A program made the position numbers and the translations under genes. From contig CP158635.1 of NCBI GenBank assembly GCA_050273025.1, positions 30,442,001 to 30,506,000 of the forward strand: a stretch of 64,000 nt of DNA, given 5' to 3'. The stretch comes from Cenococcum geophilum. Taxonomy: Eukaryota. The notes under the pieces were generated by a model. That model searched no databases. It was not told where the DNA came from and worked only from the letters and a program-made list of their open reading frames with translations. Below are positions 1 through 12,650 of the stretch, in pieces (positions within the stretch are counted from its first letter, which is position 1; every line of letters starts with the position of its first letter).

Positions 1-3000
1 GGGTACCCTATCGATCTTAAAGAGATTAATCTTAGTTAGTTAATAGGTGGAAAGTATTTTATGGTTCTATATATAGTATCTTAAAATAGATATAGAGTTA
101 ATATAACCGCCCTTATTAACACTAGAGTAAATAGCTTCGCCTTTATAAATACTGCCTATATAAATAATGTTGCTAAATTTCTAAATATAGAAGCCATTTA
201 ACTAGAGAAGCCTATTTAGGTAAAGGGCTACAACAGCCAAGCCGGTTGGCCTATTACCCACGTCTTAAAGTTATATATCGCTCTTAACGGACGACGCTAA
301 TATAGTATCCCCTTTTATATCCTAGACCTAGGGTCCTATAATATAATCCTTAGACAAAAATAGATGTCCTATTTTAATATTTAGTTAAATGTATAAAAAA
401 AATAGTTTGTCTGGCCGGAGGATAGACCAAGGTTGCCCTCCTTTGTTAGGGAGATCCGAACCAACCATAAGACACTAGCTGTAAGGGCTAACCCTACCTA
501 CTAATAGAATGTCCGGGCCCGTAACCTAGCCTTTACCTAAGAGGACACCCGCCACGAAGCTGGAAAGAACTCCGTACCGATAAAGATACTCTTCTAAAGC
601 GCTATGTTTAAAGAGGACTTTACGTATAGAAGCGGGATAGATAATAACATAGATAATATCTAAATCGCATAGATCTAACCGTTATAAAAAAGAACGTATT
701 AATAGGATATAAGGGACGACCTCTAAAAAATATAATAGGAGCTAAAAGGAGTAATAATAACGCCAGTACCCTAGAAGTCCCTAAAGTCATATACGCCCCT
801 ATTATTAGTTAACCCCCCTACCGTAGATATCGCCGTAATTAGCGCTATAGTATTTTACTTTAATATATACCGGAAGGATAATAAGGTCTTTATAATAAGC
901 CTATATAAGATTAACCAAATTATTAATAATAAAGAGGAAAGGCTAAATAAGGAAACTAATAAGGAACTAGTTAAACGCCTCCTTTTTACCATTTATATAG
1001 GCTATAAAGATATATTCTTAAAGGCGGCTTTAAATAAGTTACCCCCCTACCAGACATATAATTATAAGATTTAATTAGAGGCCAATAACTTGCTAGGCTA
1101 TAGCCCCCTCTACTATTAATTAATAGATAAGCTAAAAGCAATAAAGTAGTACTTAATTAACAACCTAGATAAAGGGTTTATTAAGCTAAGTTAAGCCCCT
1201 TTTGCTTTTCTTATCCTATTTATAAAAAAGCCTAATAAAGGCCTTCGTTTTTGTATTAACTATTAAAAGCTAAACACTATTACTTAAAAAAACCGGTATC
1301 TTATTCCTTTAATTAATGAGACCCTTATACGTCTAAGCTAGGTAAAGATTTTTACTAAACTTAATATCCGCTAAGCTTTCCACTAAATTAAAATAAACCC
1401 TGTATCTAAAGATTTAATAACGTTCTATACCCGCTATAGTTCCTATAAATATAAAGTTCTTCTTTTTAGACTAATAAACGGACCGGCTATATACCAAAGG
1501 TATATAAATGACGTTCTTTTTAATTACCTTAACGAATTCTATACAGCATACCTAGACGACATTCTTATATACTTAAACGACGAACTTAAGCATTAAGTTT
1601 ATGTTAAGAAGGTCCTAGAGAGACTATAGAACGCGGGCTTATAAGTCAATATTAAGAAATGCGAGTTTGGGGTAAAACGTATAAAATACCTTAGGTTTAT
1701 CGTAACTATAGAAGGAATTAAGGTTAACCCTAAGAAGGTAGAGGCAATCTATAACTAAAAGCCCCCTTATATAGTAAAAGGAATCTAGTCCTTCCTTAGT
1801 TTTTATAATTTCTACCACTAGTTTATCCGTAACTACGGAATTATAGTAAAACCTCTCGTATAACTAACTAAAAAGGATACGCCTTTTGTCTTTAATAATA
1901 GCTATATAGAGGCCTTTAAAGAGGTAAAGGATTAACTTATCTCTTCCCTAATCCTTTATTACTATAACCTAGACCTTAAATTAATACTAGAAACAGATAC
2001 CTCTAATAGGGTTATAGCGGGAATCCTATTACAGTTATATCTAGACGGTAAATAGTACCCTATGGCTTTCTTCTTAAAAATAATGGACCCGGCTAAGTAT
2101 AACTACGAAGTATACGATAAAAAAATACTAGCTATTATTTAATTACTCTTCTAATAGCGTATAGAGCTTAAAGGTATAAACTTTTAGATTAAGATATATA
2201 TAGATTATAAAGCCTTAGAGTACTTTATAACTATAAAGCAGCTTATAAAGTAATAAGCCTAGTAGGCTAAAATACTCTCCTAATTCTTCTTTATAATTAT
2301 ATATTGTTCTAGCAAGTAAAACTCTAAGGCTAATACCCTAACCCGAAGAGAATAAGACGTAGGACCTTAGGATAAGCTAAAGACCTAATATTAGACGCGT
2401 GCCCTTCTCTATCTAAAACAGCTTAACCCGCAGATCCTTAAGGAGCTAGACTCCTAGTAAAACGAGCTAGCACTAATAAAGGAGTCCTTAAATAAGCTAA
2501 TAGGGCTAATTAACCGCCTCCTAACTATAAACCGCACGGTTAACGCCCTAAGGGCCCTTCGCGAATAAGCTGTAAAAGGAGACCCCAATTTTAAGATAGA
2601 GGAAGGATTGCTCCTATACTAGGAGCGGCTTATAGTCCCTAACGTTAATAATCTACAGACCGAACTAATCCGCGAAGCTTATTACTAAGTCTTTATAGCA
2701 TACCCTAGTAAAAATAAGACCCGTAAAATTATTAACTATTACTACTACTGGCCAAGAATGGTTGTGGATATTAATTAATATATACGGAACTGCGAAGACT
2801 GCTAAAGAGCTATAATCCCACGGGATAAGACCCCAGGACTACTTAAGCCACTCCTAATACTAGAGCGCCCTTAGTAGTATATCTTTATAGACTTTTATAA
2901 ACTATCTAAGGACCATAACGGATATAATATAGTTATAGTTATAGTTAACCGCTTTAGTAAACGCCTATTTTTAATTCCATATCATAAGAACATTAATACT

Positions 3001-4569
3001 AAAGAGGCAGCCCGGCTATATGTCTATTACGTCTACCAAATCTACGGACTACTAGATACTATTATGTCCGATTATAGGCTACAGTTTATATTAGCCTTCT
3101 GGAATAAGTTTACCTAAATCTTAGGCATTAAGCTAAAGCTTTTTATAGCTTATTACCCCTAGATAGACGGTTAAATAGAGATTATAAATTAGTACCTAGA
3201 CCAGAGGCTTAAGCCTTTTATTAACTATTTCTAAGACAACTAGTCTAAACTACTACCCTTAATAGACTACGCGCAAGCAACCCTACCCTATAACTCTACA
3301 GGGTTTGCCCTAATTTAGCTAGAAATAGGATACTTACCCCGCATAAGCTTTAACTAAAAAAGGCTAGAAGAACCCTAAACTATATAAGAGAAGCTATTTT
3401 ATACTAAGGCCCAATAGTACGCCAAACGATTGGAGGAGGCCTAGACGGTAGCCCGCAAGAACCTAGAAAAAGCTTAGAGGTTAATAGAATAGCAGGCGAA
3501 TAAACACCGTTAAGAGCCCGATTTTGCCCCTGGCGATATAGTCTAGGTTATAATAAGGAATTAGAGGACCGAATGACTTAGCTGTAAGCTAGACTACTAG
3601 ATGGCAGGACTATATAAGGTTCTTAAGAAGATAGGTAACTTGTATAAGATAAAGCTCCTAGACTTAATTAGGGTTTACCCTATTTTTTCGCTAGATAAGT
3701 TACAGAAAGCTATAAACGACCTATTACCTAGATAAAAGAACGAGCCTCCCCTACTAGTTTAAGTAAACGGTAATAACGAATAGGAGGTTAATAAAATACT
3801 AGCCTATAAGATAGTACGGGGAGCGCTAAAATACCGTGTTTAATAGAAGGGCTATAATTCTAACCTAACTTAGTACCCTATATGGAACTTTATAGGCTAC
3901 CCCTAGAAGCTTAAAGAATTTTATAACTAATACCCTAATACGCCTGGACCCCCAAAGTACCTAGATAAATGGATGGAATGCTAGTATAGTAAAGATAATA
4001 AGTTACTGGAAGAATATAGGGATAAAAACGCCCTAAAGCCCTAATACAGCTGTCTGCCAAATTCTGCCATATTCTACCATTTTCTGCTAGTACCGTAAAA
4101 TTTCAGATATTTAGGAACTTTAACCGCCGGTCGAAGTTGTTTAATTAGTTAGATCCGTGCTAAGACTTTTAGCGGCTACTTTTTCTGGCCTAGTGCTTCC
4201 ACTTAGCCCACAATCGCCCTTTGTACTTAGTTAGGATGGACTTATATCCCCTTTATCTCCTTATCTTATATTTTTATAATCCTACATTTATAAGCCTAGT
4301 ACTACCCTATTTTTTCTAACTAAGCCTAAGGGCAGGCTTTCTTTTAAAGAGGGGGGTGATGTAACGGCGCTATCGCACGTTACCTGCTAAATTTTGCTAT
4401 ATTCTACCAACCTGCGATTAGCCCGCCTAAAGCTAGCGCCTTGGCGGCTTACCCTATATATTTATTTACATCGGTCCTAGCGACCCCTTTTCCTTCTCTT
4501 TAGCTTAGTATCTTTGTAATACAGTATTCTATAAGCTTTGGTTCAGAGGCATTTGTACGAGCCGTAACA
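1..4569 (+). mobile_element. RIP-degenerated Ty3/Gypsy chromovirus, element A (5' part lies outside the window)
   Basis: Stop-riddled pol with domain order PR-RT-RH-IN-chromo. RT motif TAC CTA GAC GAC ATT CTT (YLDDIL) at 1549-1566. RNase H LETD(A)S at about 1988. Chromodomain (W)EV(D)(E)IL...YRV(Q)(W)KG from about 3781. PPT AAAGAGGGGGGTGA at 4346-4359, then the 3' LTR. Strong TpA excess. Confidence 0.95.
4360..4569 (+). repeat. 3' LTR of Gypsy element A (210 bp)
   Basis: Starts TGTAACGGC directly after the PPT and ends GCCGTAACA (imperfect inverted TG...CA termini). Confidence 0.85.
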
Positions 4570-5700
4570 CTAGTAGTAAGCGAGTTAATAGCGATTTTTT
4601 ATACTAGGCATAGAAAATCCTAATTAGTTAGCTTATAAGTTAGGGTTTATAGAATATAGCAAAATATAATATAATATGGTAATATAGCAGGATATAGTAG
4701 AATGCAGTAATGTGGTAGAATATAATAGAATACGGCAATATAGTAAAATATAGCAAAATGCGGTAATATCTTATTAGGAATAAAAGCTTTACTTAAAGAT
4801 ATCTAGTCGCCTTAGGGTAAATCCTTAGTAGATTTAAGTGCTAGGTACTAGCAAAACCGCTAAAAAATAGCTCTAGAGTAACCTTATAGCCCTACGCCTC
4901 CTAATTATACTGTGAAAATTAAATACCCCCTTACGCAACTACGATAGATAGAAAGATATTATTATTTCTAATAATCCCTATTAAGAAGAACGCGCTTATT
5001 TTCCATTTAGTTTGTTAGCGGCACTAGGGCGGGCGTGTTGTTTAACGCTAATACTTCCTTATAGACTTGATCGTGTTACGGACCTTATATCGGCAGTAGC
5101 ACGGCTACTTAGGGAGGATGTAAACGGACTAGTAGCGATAGCGGGGAGACGGTCGAACTATAGGACAAGAGATAAGCGAGTAATCCCTTTTTATAACACT
5201 AAGAAGGCGAAGTTTAAGCAACTTTATACTAGGAGGGAGAGGCTTACTAAGGTTATTAGTTATAGTAGCTATTATAGTAGCTTATAAGGCCAAATCGGCT
5301 AAGCCTAACTATAATTAAGCTATTTAAGCCTAGTGGTATTTATACTAGCGGCTTTATACTCTTTTTTATACTTCTAAATCTCCCTTTTATCTTAGGCTTA
5401 TTCCCTTTACTCTCTAGCAATTTTATACTCTTCTGCGGTAATAGCGCGTATATTAGCTTTAGACGGCATTATAGGACTAACAGAGGAGGGTATAACGGTT
5501 ATAGACGATAGTATAGTTAAGGTAGGTTGTCTAGATAGGTTTACTTATTAGGATTATACACGCGTACGGATATCCTAGTTAGTTATAAGCGGTAATAGCG
5601 TTATAAAATAATTCTTAAACAAATAAATAATAAATATTAATAAGTTTAATAATATTAAAAAGCGAATTAGCCACGTAGTAACTGCGTTCGATATTCGCGA
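4570..5700. repeat. RIPed repeat relics; the first part resembles the 3' UTR of Gypsy element C and includes a ~10-bp tandem array
   Basis: 4584-4627 (GTTAATAGCGATTTTTTATACTAGGCATAGAAAATCCTAATTAG) matches the reverse complement of about 60535-60579. An AGAATATAGC-like tandem array lies at 4651-4770. AT-rich with TpA excess. Confidence 0.55.
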
Positions 5701-6811
5701 ATATTGTAGGAGGTCTTAGCATTATGCATTGCTAAGATGGACACTGCCAAGCAATAGTATCTACTTCTATTGATAATAATGTTCCGTAGTGATGAAAATA
5801 TTGACAAGTATAAGTAGTAGCGCTCCCATAAGTTGCTTTACACCATTACGTAAAGTGCAGTAGAGCATTAGCATCTCTACCAAATATAGTGGGTAAAAGC
5901 TGATAGACACTGTCTCATTTCCTGTCATTGCTAAAGCTTGCTCGTAGTCTAAAATTTACTTAGCTCGGCATGGTCGAGCGGTAGGTATTGCCCGATTCGA
6001 TTCGCAGTACGAATTTTCGTTGCAGCTATCTCGCCGACGGCCCACATCTGCTGCGGTGGTCTTGATGATCGTGCACACCGCCAGTTAGACATGCCAACCG
6101 CCTGTGCCCACGCGTTTTTTTGTGGATGTCTGTAAGAGCATTTTCTTCCAGATAGAATGCACCGAAAACAGCCTCTTGCATCGTCTCTCATGAATCGGTG
6201 CCGCAGTTCTTAGCATGTACAACGCCCCCATGGCTATAGTCCTATGAAAGTGGCGTTTGTAGATGTGAAGGTTTCTTAAGGGTGTGACCCCACTACTGTA
6301 ATTTCTGCCCTTTTTCCCGACTTGTGCAATTTCCAGACCGCCTCTTCCGCGTGGGTGGTCCAATGTGTAAGGGCATTAGTGATATATTAAGGACCGAAAA
6401 GATCGCTGGACTCACGATAAGTACTAATAGTTCCATGTGAGCGTAAGCAGGATAATTTTAGGTGCAGACGTAAAAAACTTGGTAGACATTATCTGATGTA
6501 GCATTGTGTTTCTAACAGAGTAGAAATTCAGGGGGTATCTCGTAAAATACAGCGCGAGCATCAGTAAAGCTGCCTCACGCTGCAGCCTTTCCCTGACAAA
6601 TGAACAATTTTAGCAATAACGAGAAAGGGAAGATGAATGCCGACCCATCTAGTAAATAAAGTGCGTTGAGATCACACCCAATATTATACTCCCTACTGCG
6701 CCGTAAATACGCAACCTCTCAGCCTGTAAGGGGCCCCTAAACGCCAATCTCAAACCTAGCCTAGGTACTTCTAGTGACAAATGAAATAATATGCCGCCAA
6801 ACGACGGTGAT

Positions 6812-8941
6812 TCAAAATGTTTCTCCGAGAATATCAGTCATGCGAGATGGTCGTGAGGGCGTCTCGCCCATCTCTGAGCCCGCTATTGATTGATCCTGAT
6901 CATGCTCTTGCTGCTGAAGCTGCTGTGGCCCCTCCAGCTCAACCCCGCTATCCCTGTCTGTGCGCTCCGATCCGAGAGAAGCACGGTCTTCGTAGTCAAT
7001 GGTCCGGTCTGGAAGCGTCCAAGCGCTTAGTAGCGTGCCTCCTTGCCTGTGCTCCGTTCCATGGTCGACGTGTAATTCCTCTTCGGACTCCAGAACACGC
7101 CCGCCGAGTTTGACATCGCTTACGCGGACCTGATACTCAAGAGCCTTCTTCCCCTCTTTAATAAGTTCCTCTGTCCAGCCGAGGCATCGTTTGAGACTTT
7201 GGTTCATTTTCTGACTGTCTACAAGTAGTTCACGATGCTTTGACAAATCCAGTTGGAGGCGCTTCTCATCCTTAATACGATAATTTGCATCCCTATCAGC
7301 GAGAGCACCAGGACTTAGAGTTTCTTCATCGATAGAGGATTCGCTGGTGTAGTCGTCTCGCTCATCTTCTCCGCCGGGATCCTCAGCTTCCTCGAGCATG
7401 TCTGATAAATCACCGAGTTCGCTGTCACTAATAGTAGAGAGATCTCCAACAGAGGAACGCAATGTGCTGGATGAGAATCGTCCCGCCCGACTTAACCTGC
7501 GAAATCGTCGAAGTTCGGCTTTCTGCTTGCGGACTTCCCGCTCCAGCTGTCGATTTATGGCGAGTAATGAGGAATTGCTGATTTCTAGATCTAGGACCTT
7601 CCGTTCTCTTCTGGCATTTGCGGCTAGCTCGTTCATCTTTTGAAGCGCACTCTGACCAGCTGACTTTGTAGGGCTCTGCGGCACAGATAATGGTAGGCCT
7701 AATAAATCTTCCTTTGGTGGTGTAGGAGCAGACGCAATGCTTTCCGGTATTGATCCATTGCTAATAACTCTATTCTCATTATGAAGCGGGCTCGGTGTTA
7801 CCAAAGACAAGGTCTCAGCATGGCTATGAACCCCTTTTTTGGTAGAGGTAACTGAGTCAATAGAAGAGAGACTCGCACTTTTCACATGATTGATACGGGT
7901 GGAGGATGTTCCTGCGCTAGATCTTCGCCGTGATGATCGTTCGTGATCAGAGTCTCGAGAATGCGGTTGTGCTATGTTCGAATACGGATGCCCAGGTAGT
8001 GTAGATATAGCGGATGGCCTGTTGCGGGTGCTTGGACGGATGACCTGCGAAGCGCCTTTTCGATATGATAGATGTATATTATCTTTCGATGGCGACGGCG
8101 GGCGGAGCGCGGGTGGCTTTAGGGATAGATTTGAAAATGATGCTGGTTCAGGCGACGCCGTGACGAGCGGATGTGTGGGAAGTGGCGGTCGATTCTTTAC
8201 TTCGGGGGTTGAATCAGCGTGGAAGAACTGGGTTTGTGGGCGAGTCCTCTCGATTGAGGAAAGCGGTGGCGAAGGTATTCCTGCTGAACGTGCCGGGCTT
8301 TCGTCTTCCTCTCCGTTAGCATAGAAGAATGCTGGTGTCTTTCTCTGAATTGGACTTGGGTCCTGAGATTTTGGATCAAGAGCGTGGAAGAACATTTGAG
8401 AGTTCTCCCTGGGTCCTCCGACATCTAATCCGGACATTCCATGGACATTCGGCATTGGCGACCTATTCACGGGCACATTTTGGAACACAGCGCCTCCATT
8501 GACTATATTCTTTGGCCTACCCGAAGAGGAAACACCATAAAATCCGTTTATACCCAGCCCGCTGAAGCTATTCCCCTCCTTTGTACTAGCCGTATCGATA
8601 GTGGACCCGGGCCGTGAGCCGGTCGGCGTACCACTAGGTGTTCCATTAGGAGTTGACTGAGCGCTGCCGGTGCCGACGCGGGACTTTCTTGATGACGAGC
8701 GGGGAGTAACATTACTGCTAAGAAAGGTTTTGACTGGCGTTGTTAAGTCCTCTCTTGTAACCGAGTCCCCTTTCGGAGTGTTCCCTGTATCGCTCCTCTC
8801 TGGCTGACGGGGTAGAGAAGTGTTTGTAGAGGTTGCTGACGCTGCCAGTCGGGGTGTAATGGGAGTTTTCGCAGTTCTGTTCGTAGCAAGAGTGGGCATC
8901 AAAGGCCGGCTACTATTGACATTGTACCTATCTGTAGGCAT
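6812..8941 (-). CDS. Conserved fungal hypothetical protein: Ser/Pro-rich disordered region plus C-terminal coiled coil
   Basis: Single 709-aa ORF with ATG start. FFHA/FFYA repeats. Coiled-coil block ANARRERKVLDLEISNSSLLAINRQLEREVRKQKAELRRFRRLSR. Divergent from pol kappa with a gap of about 480 bp. Confidence 0.85.
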   Translation of the reverse strand: MPTDRYNVNSSRPLMPTLATNRTAKTPITPRLAASATSTNTSLPRQPERSDTGNTPKGDSVTREDLTTPVKTFLSSNVTPRSSSRKSRVGTGSAQSTPNGTPSGTPTGSRPGSTIDTASTKEGNSFSGLGINGFYGVSSSGRPKNIVNGGAVFQNVPVNRSPMPNVHGMSGLDVGGPRENSQMFFHALDPKSQDPSPIQRKTPAFFYANGEEDESPARSAGIPSPPLSSIERTRPQTQFFHADSTPEVKNRPPLPTHPLVTASPEPASFSNLSLKPPALRPPSPSKDNIHLSYRKGASQVIRPSTRNRPSAISTLPGHPYSNIAQPHSRDSDHERSSRRRSSAGTSSTRINHVKSASLSSIDSVTSTKKGVHSHAETLSLVTPSPLHNENRVISNGSIPESIASAPTPPKEDLLGLPLSVPQSPTKSAGQSALQKMNELAANARRERKVLDLEISNSSLLAINRQLEREVRKQKAELRRFRRLSRAGRFSSSTLRSSVGDLSTISDSELGDLSDMLEEAEDPGGEDERDDYTSESSIDEETLSPGALADRDANYRIKDEKRLQLDLSKHRELLVDSQKMNQSLKRCLGWTEELIKEGKKALEYQVRVSDVKLGGRVLESEEELHVDHGTEHRQGGTLLSAWTLPDRTIDYEDRASLGSERTDRDSGVELEGPQQLQQQEHDQDQSIAGSEMGETPSRPSRMTDILGETF

Positions 8942-9420
8942 CTTAAATGTGGCCGGAGTGTATTTAGAGAGTCGTAGAATATTGGTTGGGGATCGAGATC
9001 ATCTTCTTGGTCGGCAATGGGTGCAAATAGGCGTTGAGGGCGGGTGTTGACGTTATTAACAGTTCTTGAATCAAAACAGACTGAAACTCGTGATTCCGCC
9101 CCACTAGAACCGCTGCAGGTTCCCCAATGATAGTTGGTATGTGGACCGAGTGGTGATCACCATGGTCGAGGTGAATTGTATTCAAAGGACCCGCCGCGAT
9201 GCTTTTCGCACTTCCGAAGTCCTTGTTCGTCTTGTTTTGTGGTGTGACGGTCAGGCGCATGCAAGCGCGAAGCCCTTGGCGTCTCGGCTGAGAAGAGGCC
9301 AGTTACAATACTCGCGAAGCGGTCAAGGATGCGCGTCAAATGACTGCATCATCGCGTTCGAGGAATGCTTGCTCCCCACCAACGCCAATTCTCCGTGCGA
9401 TAGCAGCCTCATATATCAGT

Positions 9421-11478
9421 ATGAGCACTGATGAGGCCCATGGACAAATTTCCAACGCGTTAGTAGAGCCGCCAGACTCTCTGAACGCACCACCACACCT
9501 TTCCGCTCCACGAGAGTTGCCTGCAGAGACCCCAGCGGAAGCAGGGGAGCATGACACGCTCAAATATCACCTTCTTGGACCTTCTTTGACCAAGGCCGGC
9601 CAAGATGCCGTGGATCAGCAGAAAGTAAACCCGCGTCCACCTTCATTTTCTCTCTCTGCGGATACTAACGTACCGTAGGTATCTGAAATAATCTACAATG
9701 CCTCTAAGGGCTCTAAGTTCTTCAACAACGAGGAGGTAAAAGACCGAAACCTGACCGAGAAGATCAATCGTATATTGGCTCTCAAACGCCAACTTGAACG
9801 AACCGATCTCACCTCCGATCTCCGCCGCGCCGAGGACTATATTTTAGAGTTAGAATTGACCAGGGATCTGACACAAACTATCGTGCATATCGATTGTGAT
9901 GCCTTCTACGCCGCTGTCGAAGAGTTGGACAGACCAGAGTTACGAGATGTGCCTATGGCAGTCGGTAAAGGCGTCCTCACAACTTGCAACTACCATGCGC
10001 GCAAATTCGGATGTAGGAGCGGGATGGCAGGATTTGTGGCCATGAAACTATGTCCACAACTGATCTGTTTACCTCTAAATTTTGACAAGTACAATGCGAA
10101 AGCAAAAGAAGTACGAACCATACTCGCAACATATGACCCACGCTTTGAGAGTGCCAGCATAGACGAGGCATATCTCAACATTACCGAATACTGCAATGAA
10201 CACCACATGGACCCGGAAGAGGTCGTCTCCCAATTACGCGCAGAAGTTCATGAGAAGACCAAGATTACAGTGTCTGCCGGCATAGCTGCGAACGCTAAGC
10301 TGGCGAAAATCGCATCGAATCGGAATAAGCCTAACGGACAATATCGAATCGCAAGTGACCGGAGTACAATCATGGAATTCACGCGTAACCTACCAACTAG
10401 AAAAGTTAATGGTGTTGGACGAGTCTTTGAACGCGAACTTGACGCTATCGGAATTAAGACTTGCGGAAACATCTATACGCACCGCGCCTACCTTTCAAAA
10501 TTATTTGGAGAAAAGGCTTTCCAATTTCTTATGCAATGCTATCTCGGTCTAGGTCGTACAAAAATTCAGCCTGCAGAAGAGTACGAACGTAAGAGTGTTG
10601 GGACGGAGTCTACATTTCCGGAACTGAGTGGCAAGACTGAACTGCGCGAGAAGTTGCGGCACATTGCTGAAGAGTTAGAAAAGGACCTCGAACGCACGCA
10701 ACATAAAGGACGCACTCTGGTCTTAAAAGTCAAGTTGCATACATTTGAGGTACTGACACGGCAGAGTTCGCCTCCCAAAGCCGTTCATCTTTCAGAAGAC
10801 TTATATAGGTACGCCTTGCCAATGCTCACAAAGCTAGAGAAGGAGATTCCGAACATGAAGCTCCGTCTAATGGGTCTTCGCGTCACTCATATTGTGAGTA
10901 TAAAGAAGGGCGGAATTGACTTCTTTGGTCTGAAGAGCCGCGCTGCTTCATCTCGAGGCGGAACTCCAGTGCCCAAATCCGAGAGCGGAGCAAATGCTGA
11001 TGACGGAGAATGGGAGGTTTGGCCAGAGGCTGAGTTTGAGGAAGCTGCACGCCAAGAAAGAGAAGACGAAATGAACGAACTAGAAGCCCTTAGCCAAGAG
11101 CATCAGCAGCTGCAAGAGCAAGAAGAGAATGGAGCCTCCTTAGAGGCCCCTCTCGACCGGCAAGTTCGAAAGCCACCATCGCCGAAAATTGAGGAAAACC
11201 TGAACGAAAAAGAAGAATTATGGGACTGTCCTATCTGCTCATTGCCTCAACCCGCCGACAATAAAATCTTCAATTCTCACATCGATTTCTGCCTCTCTCG
11301 CCAGACCATTAAGGACGTAGTCAAGTCCACATCGTCTCCAACGCCGACCATGCGGTTAATTCCTCGACCGCAGTCGTCATCCAACTCCATGCCTGCGAAA
11401 CGCAAGCGAGGCCGTCCTCGAAACGATGGCGTTGCCCTGGAGCCCCAAGCTGCGAAGCGCAAACCGTTTTTCTCATGA
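9421..11478 (+). CDS. polK: DNA polymerase kappa (Y-family, DinB-like)
   Basis: Exon 9421-9624, intron 9625-9678 (GT...CTAAC...AG), exon 9679-11478. The splice gives QQK|VSEIIYNASKGSKFF. Catalytic motifs HIDCDAFYAAVE and SIDEAYL, a C-terminal UBZ finger CPIC...HIDFC and a basic KRKRGRPR motif. Confidence 0.95.
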
Positions 11479-12650
11479 TAAACAAGCCTGGGTATAGTCA
11501 GCGGCTTCGCCATAGCCTCCACTATTGGCGTATCAAATATATGCACGGTCTTGCGAAGGCTGTTTCTAGACCAAGGTCTCTGGAAACTGTAGCACGGGCT
11601 GACAGATACACATTTTACGTAATGTCTCTACCATCGTGAATGTAGGTATATTGGTGTATGAAGAGTAGATATTTCTCATCGCTGCACTCTTTTTCAGCAT
11701 TAAGTGAGTTCGTTCGTTGGTCGAAATAGACTAGGACCGGAAGTGTGAAGCAGCACGTCAGCAATACCAAGACACATCTGATGGGACTTGGGAGCGTTAA
11801 GAAAATACCCCAAATAGATGCTCAAGTTAAGCCGCACCTTTCTGACCCCCCTGCATTCAAGTACCAATGCTCTACTTTATCCTCCTCTCTCTTGTTCTCG
11901 GCACTTATTTCGCGTACTATTATCTCTACCGTCACCGAGCTCAACAAACTTGTCGAGTCGCGTGCGACTGCGAAGCCATCAACCTCAAAAATAACGTCCA
12001 ACCTACGCCTATTTCAGGAAAGATGCACCGTTGTCTAAGCCTGTGGTTTCTAAAGATGTGGGAGTGCAATCAAGGCCTAAGGATTGGTGGAGAAGTGAAT
12101 TGATGAGGACGGAAGGTGAGGATTTAGTCTATTGCGGATTTGGTGCTGCTTTAGGGTAATTGAAAGAATATGGGGAAGGGTCCCTGGTGTTGATCGTGCA
12201 ATTCAAAGATTCATTTCCGGCTTCAGTCCTTTCTGGAGTAAAACCATTAACAGCGAAAACAGATTTCGAGATGGCTGAATATGAGAAGTGTGTTGAAAGA
12301 GCCGCACTTCAATAATCCACATTACAATCCTGTGATATTCTACATGAATGCTACACGAGTAACGAGGTAAAAATGCCTTTAGATTTGGTTGATAGCGGAG
12401 GGGACTTTGGAATCATTAGATGCGCATTAGCTGCTCCCTACCAATGCCTCAAGAAGCGTGACTTATTAAGCTACTCCAGCCGCCAAATGGCACGCTTAAC
12501 CAAGAGGCCCGCTTAGCTTCGCCTAACAAGGCTGACTCCAACCTCAACCTTTCACTCCCCGAAGCCCAGATTTGTGGTTTTCTCGCATAGGCAAAAGCCT
12601 TTCTCTATGAAACCCCCCAAGGAACTGAACAAACATCGACCTTGAAGTAG

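Noticed and set aside
5012..5470. ORF 5012-5287 and a possible RIPed minus-strand frame starting at about 5469
   Set aside because: Lies in RIPed repeat relics, and no domain is recognisable after reversing RIP by eye.
11867..12103. Short ORF with a hydrophobic N-terminus (P450-anchor-like)
   Set aside because: No downstream catalytic domain or splice continuation was recognised; at most a gene relic.
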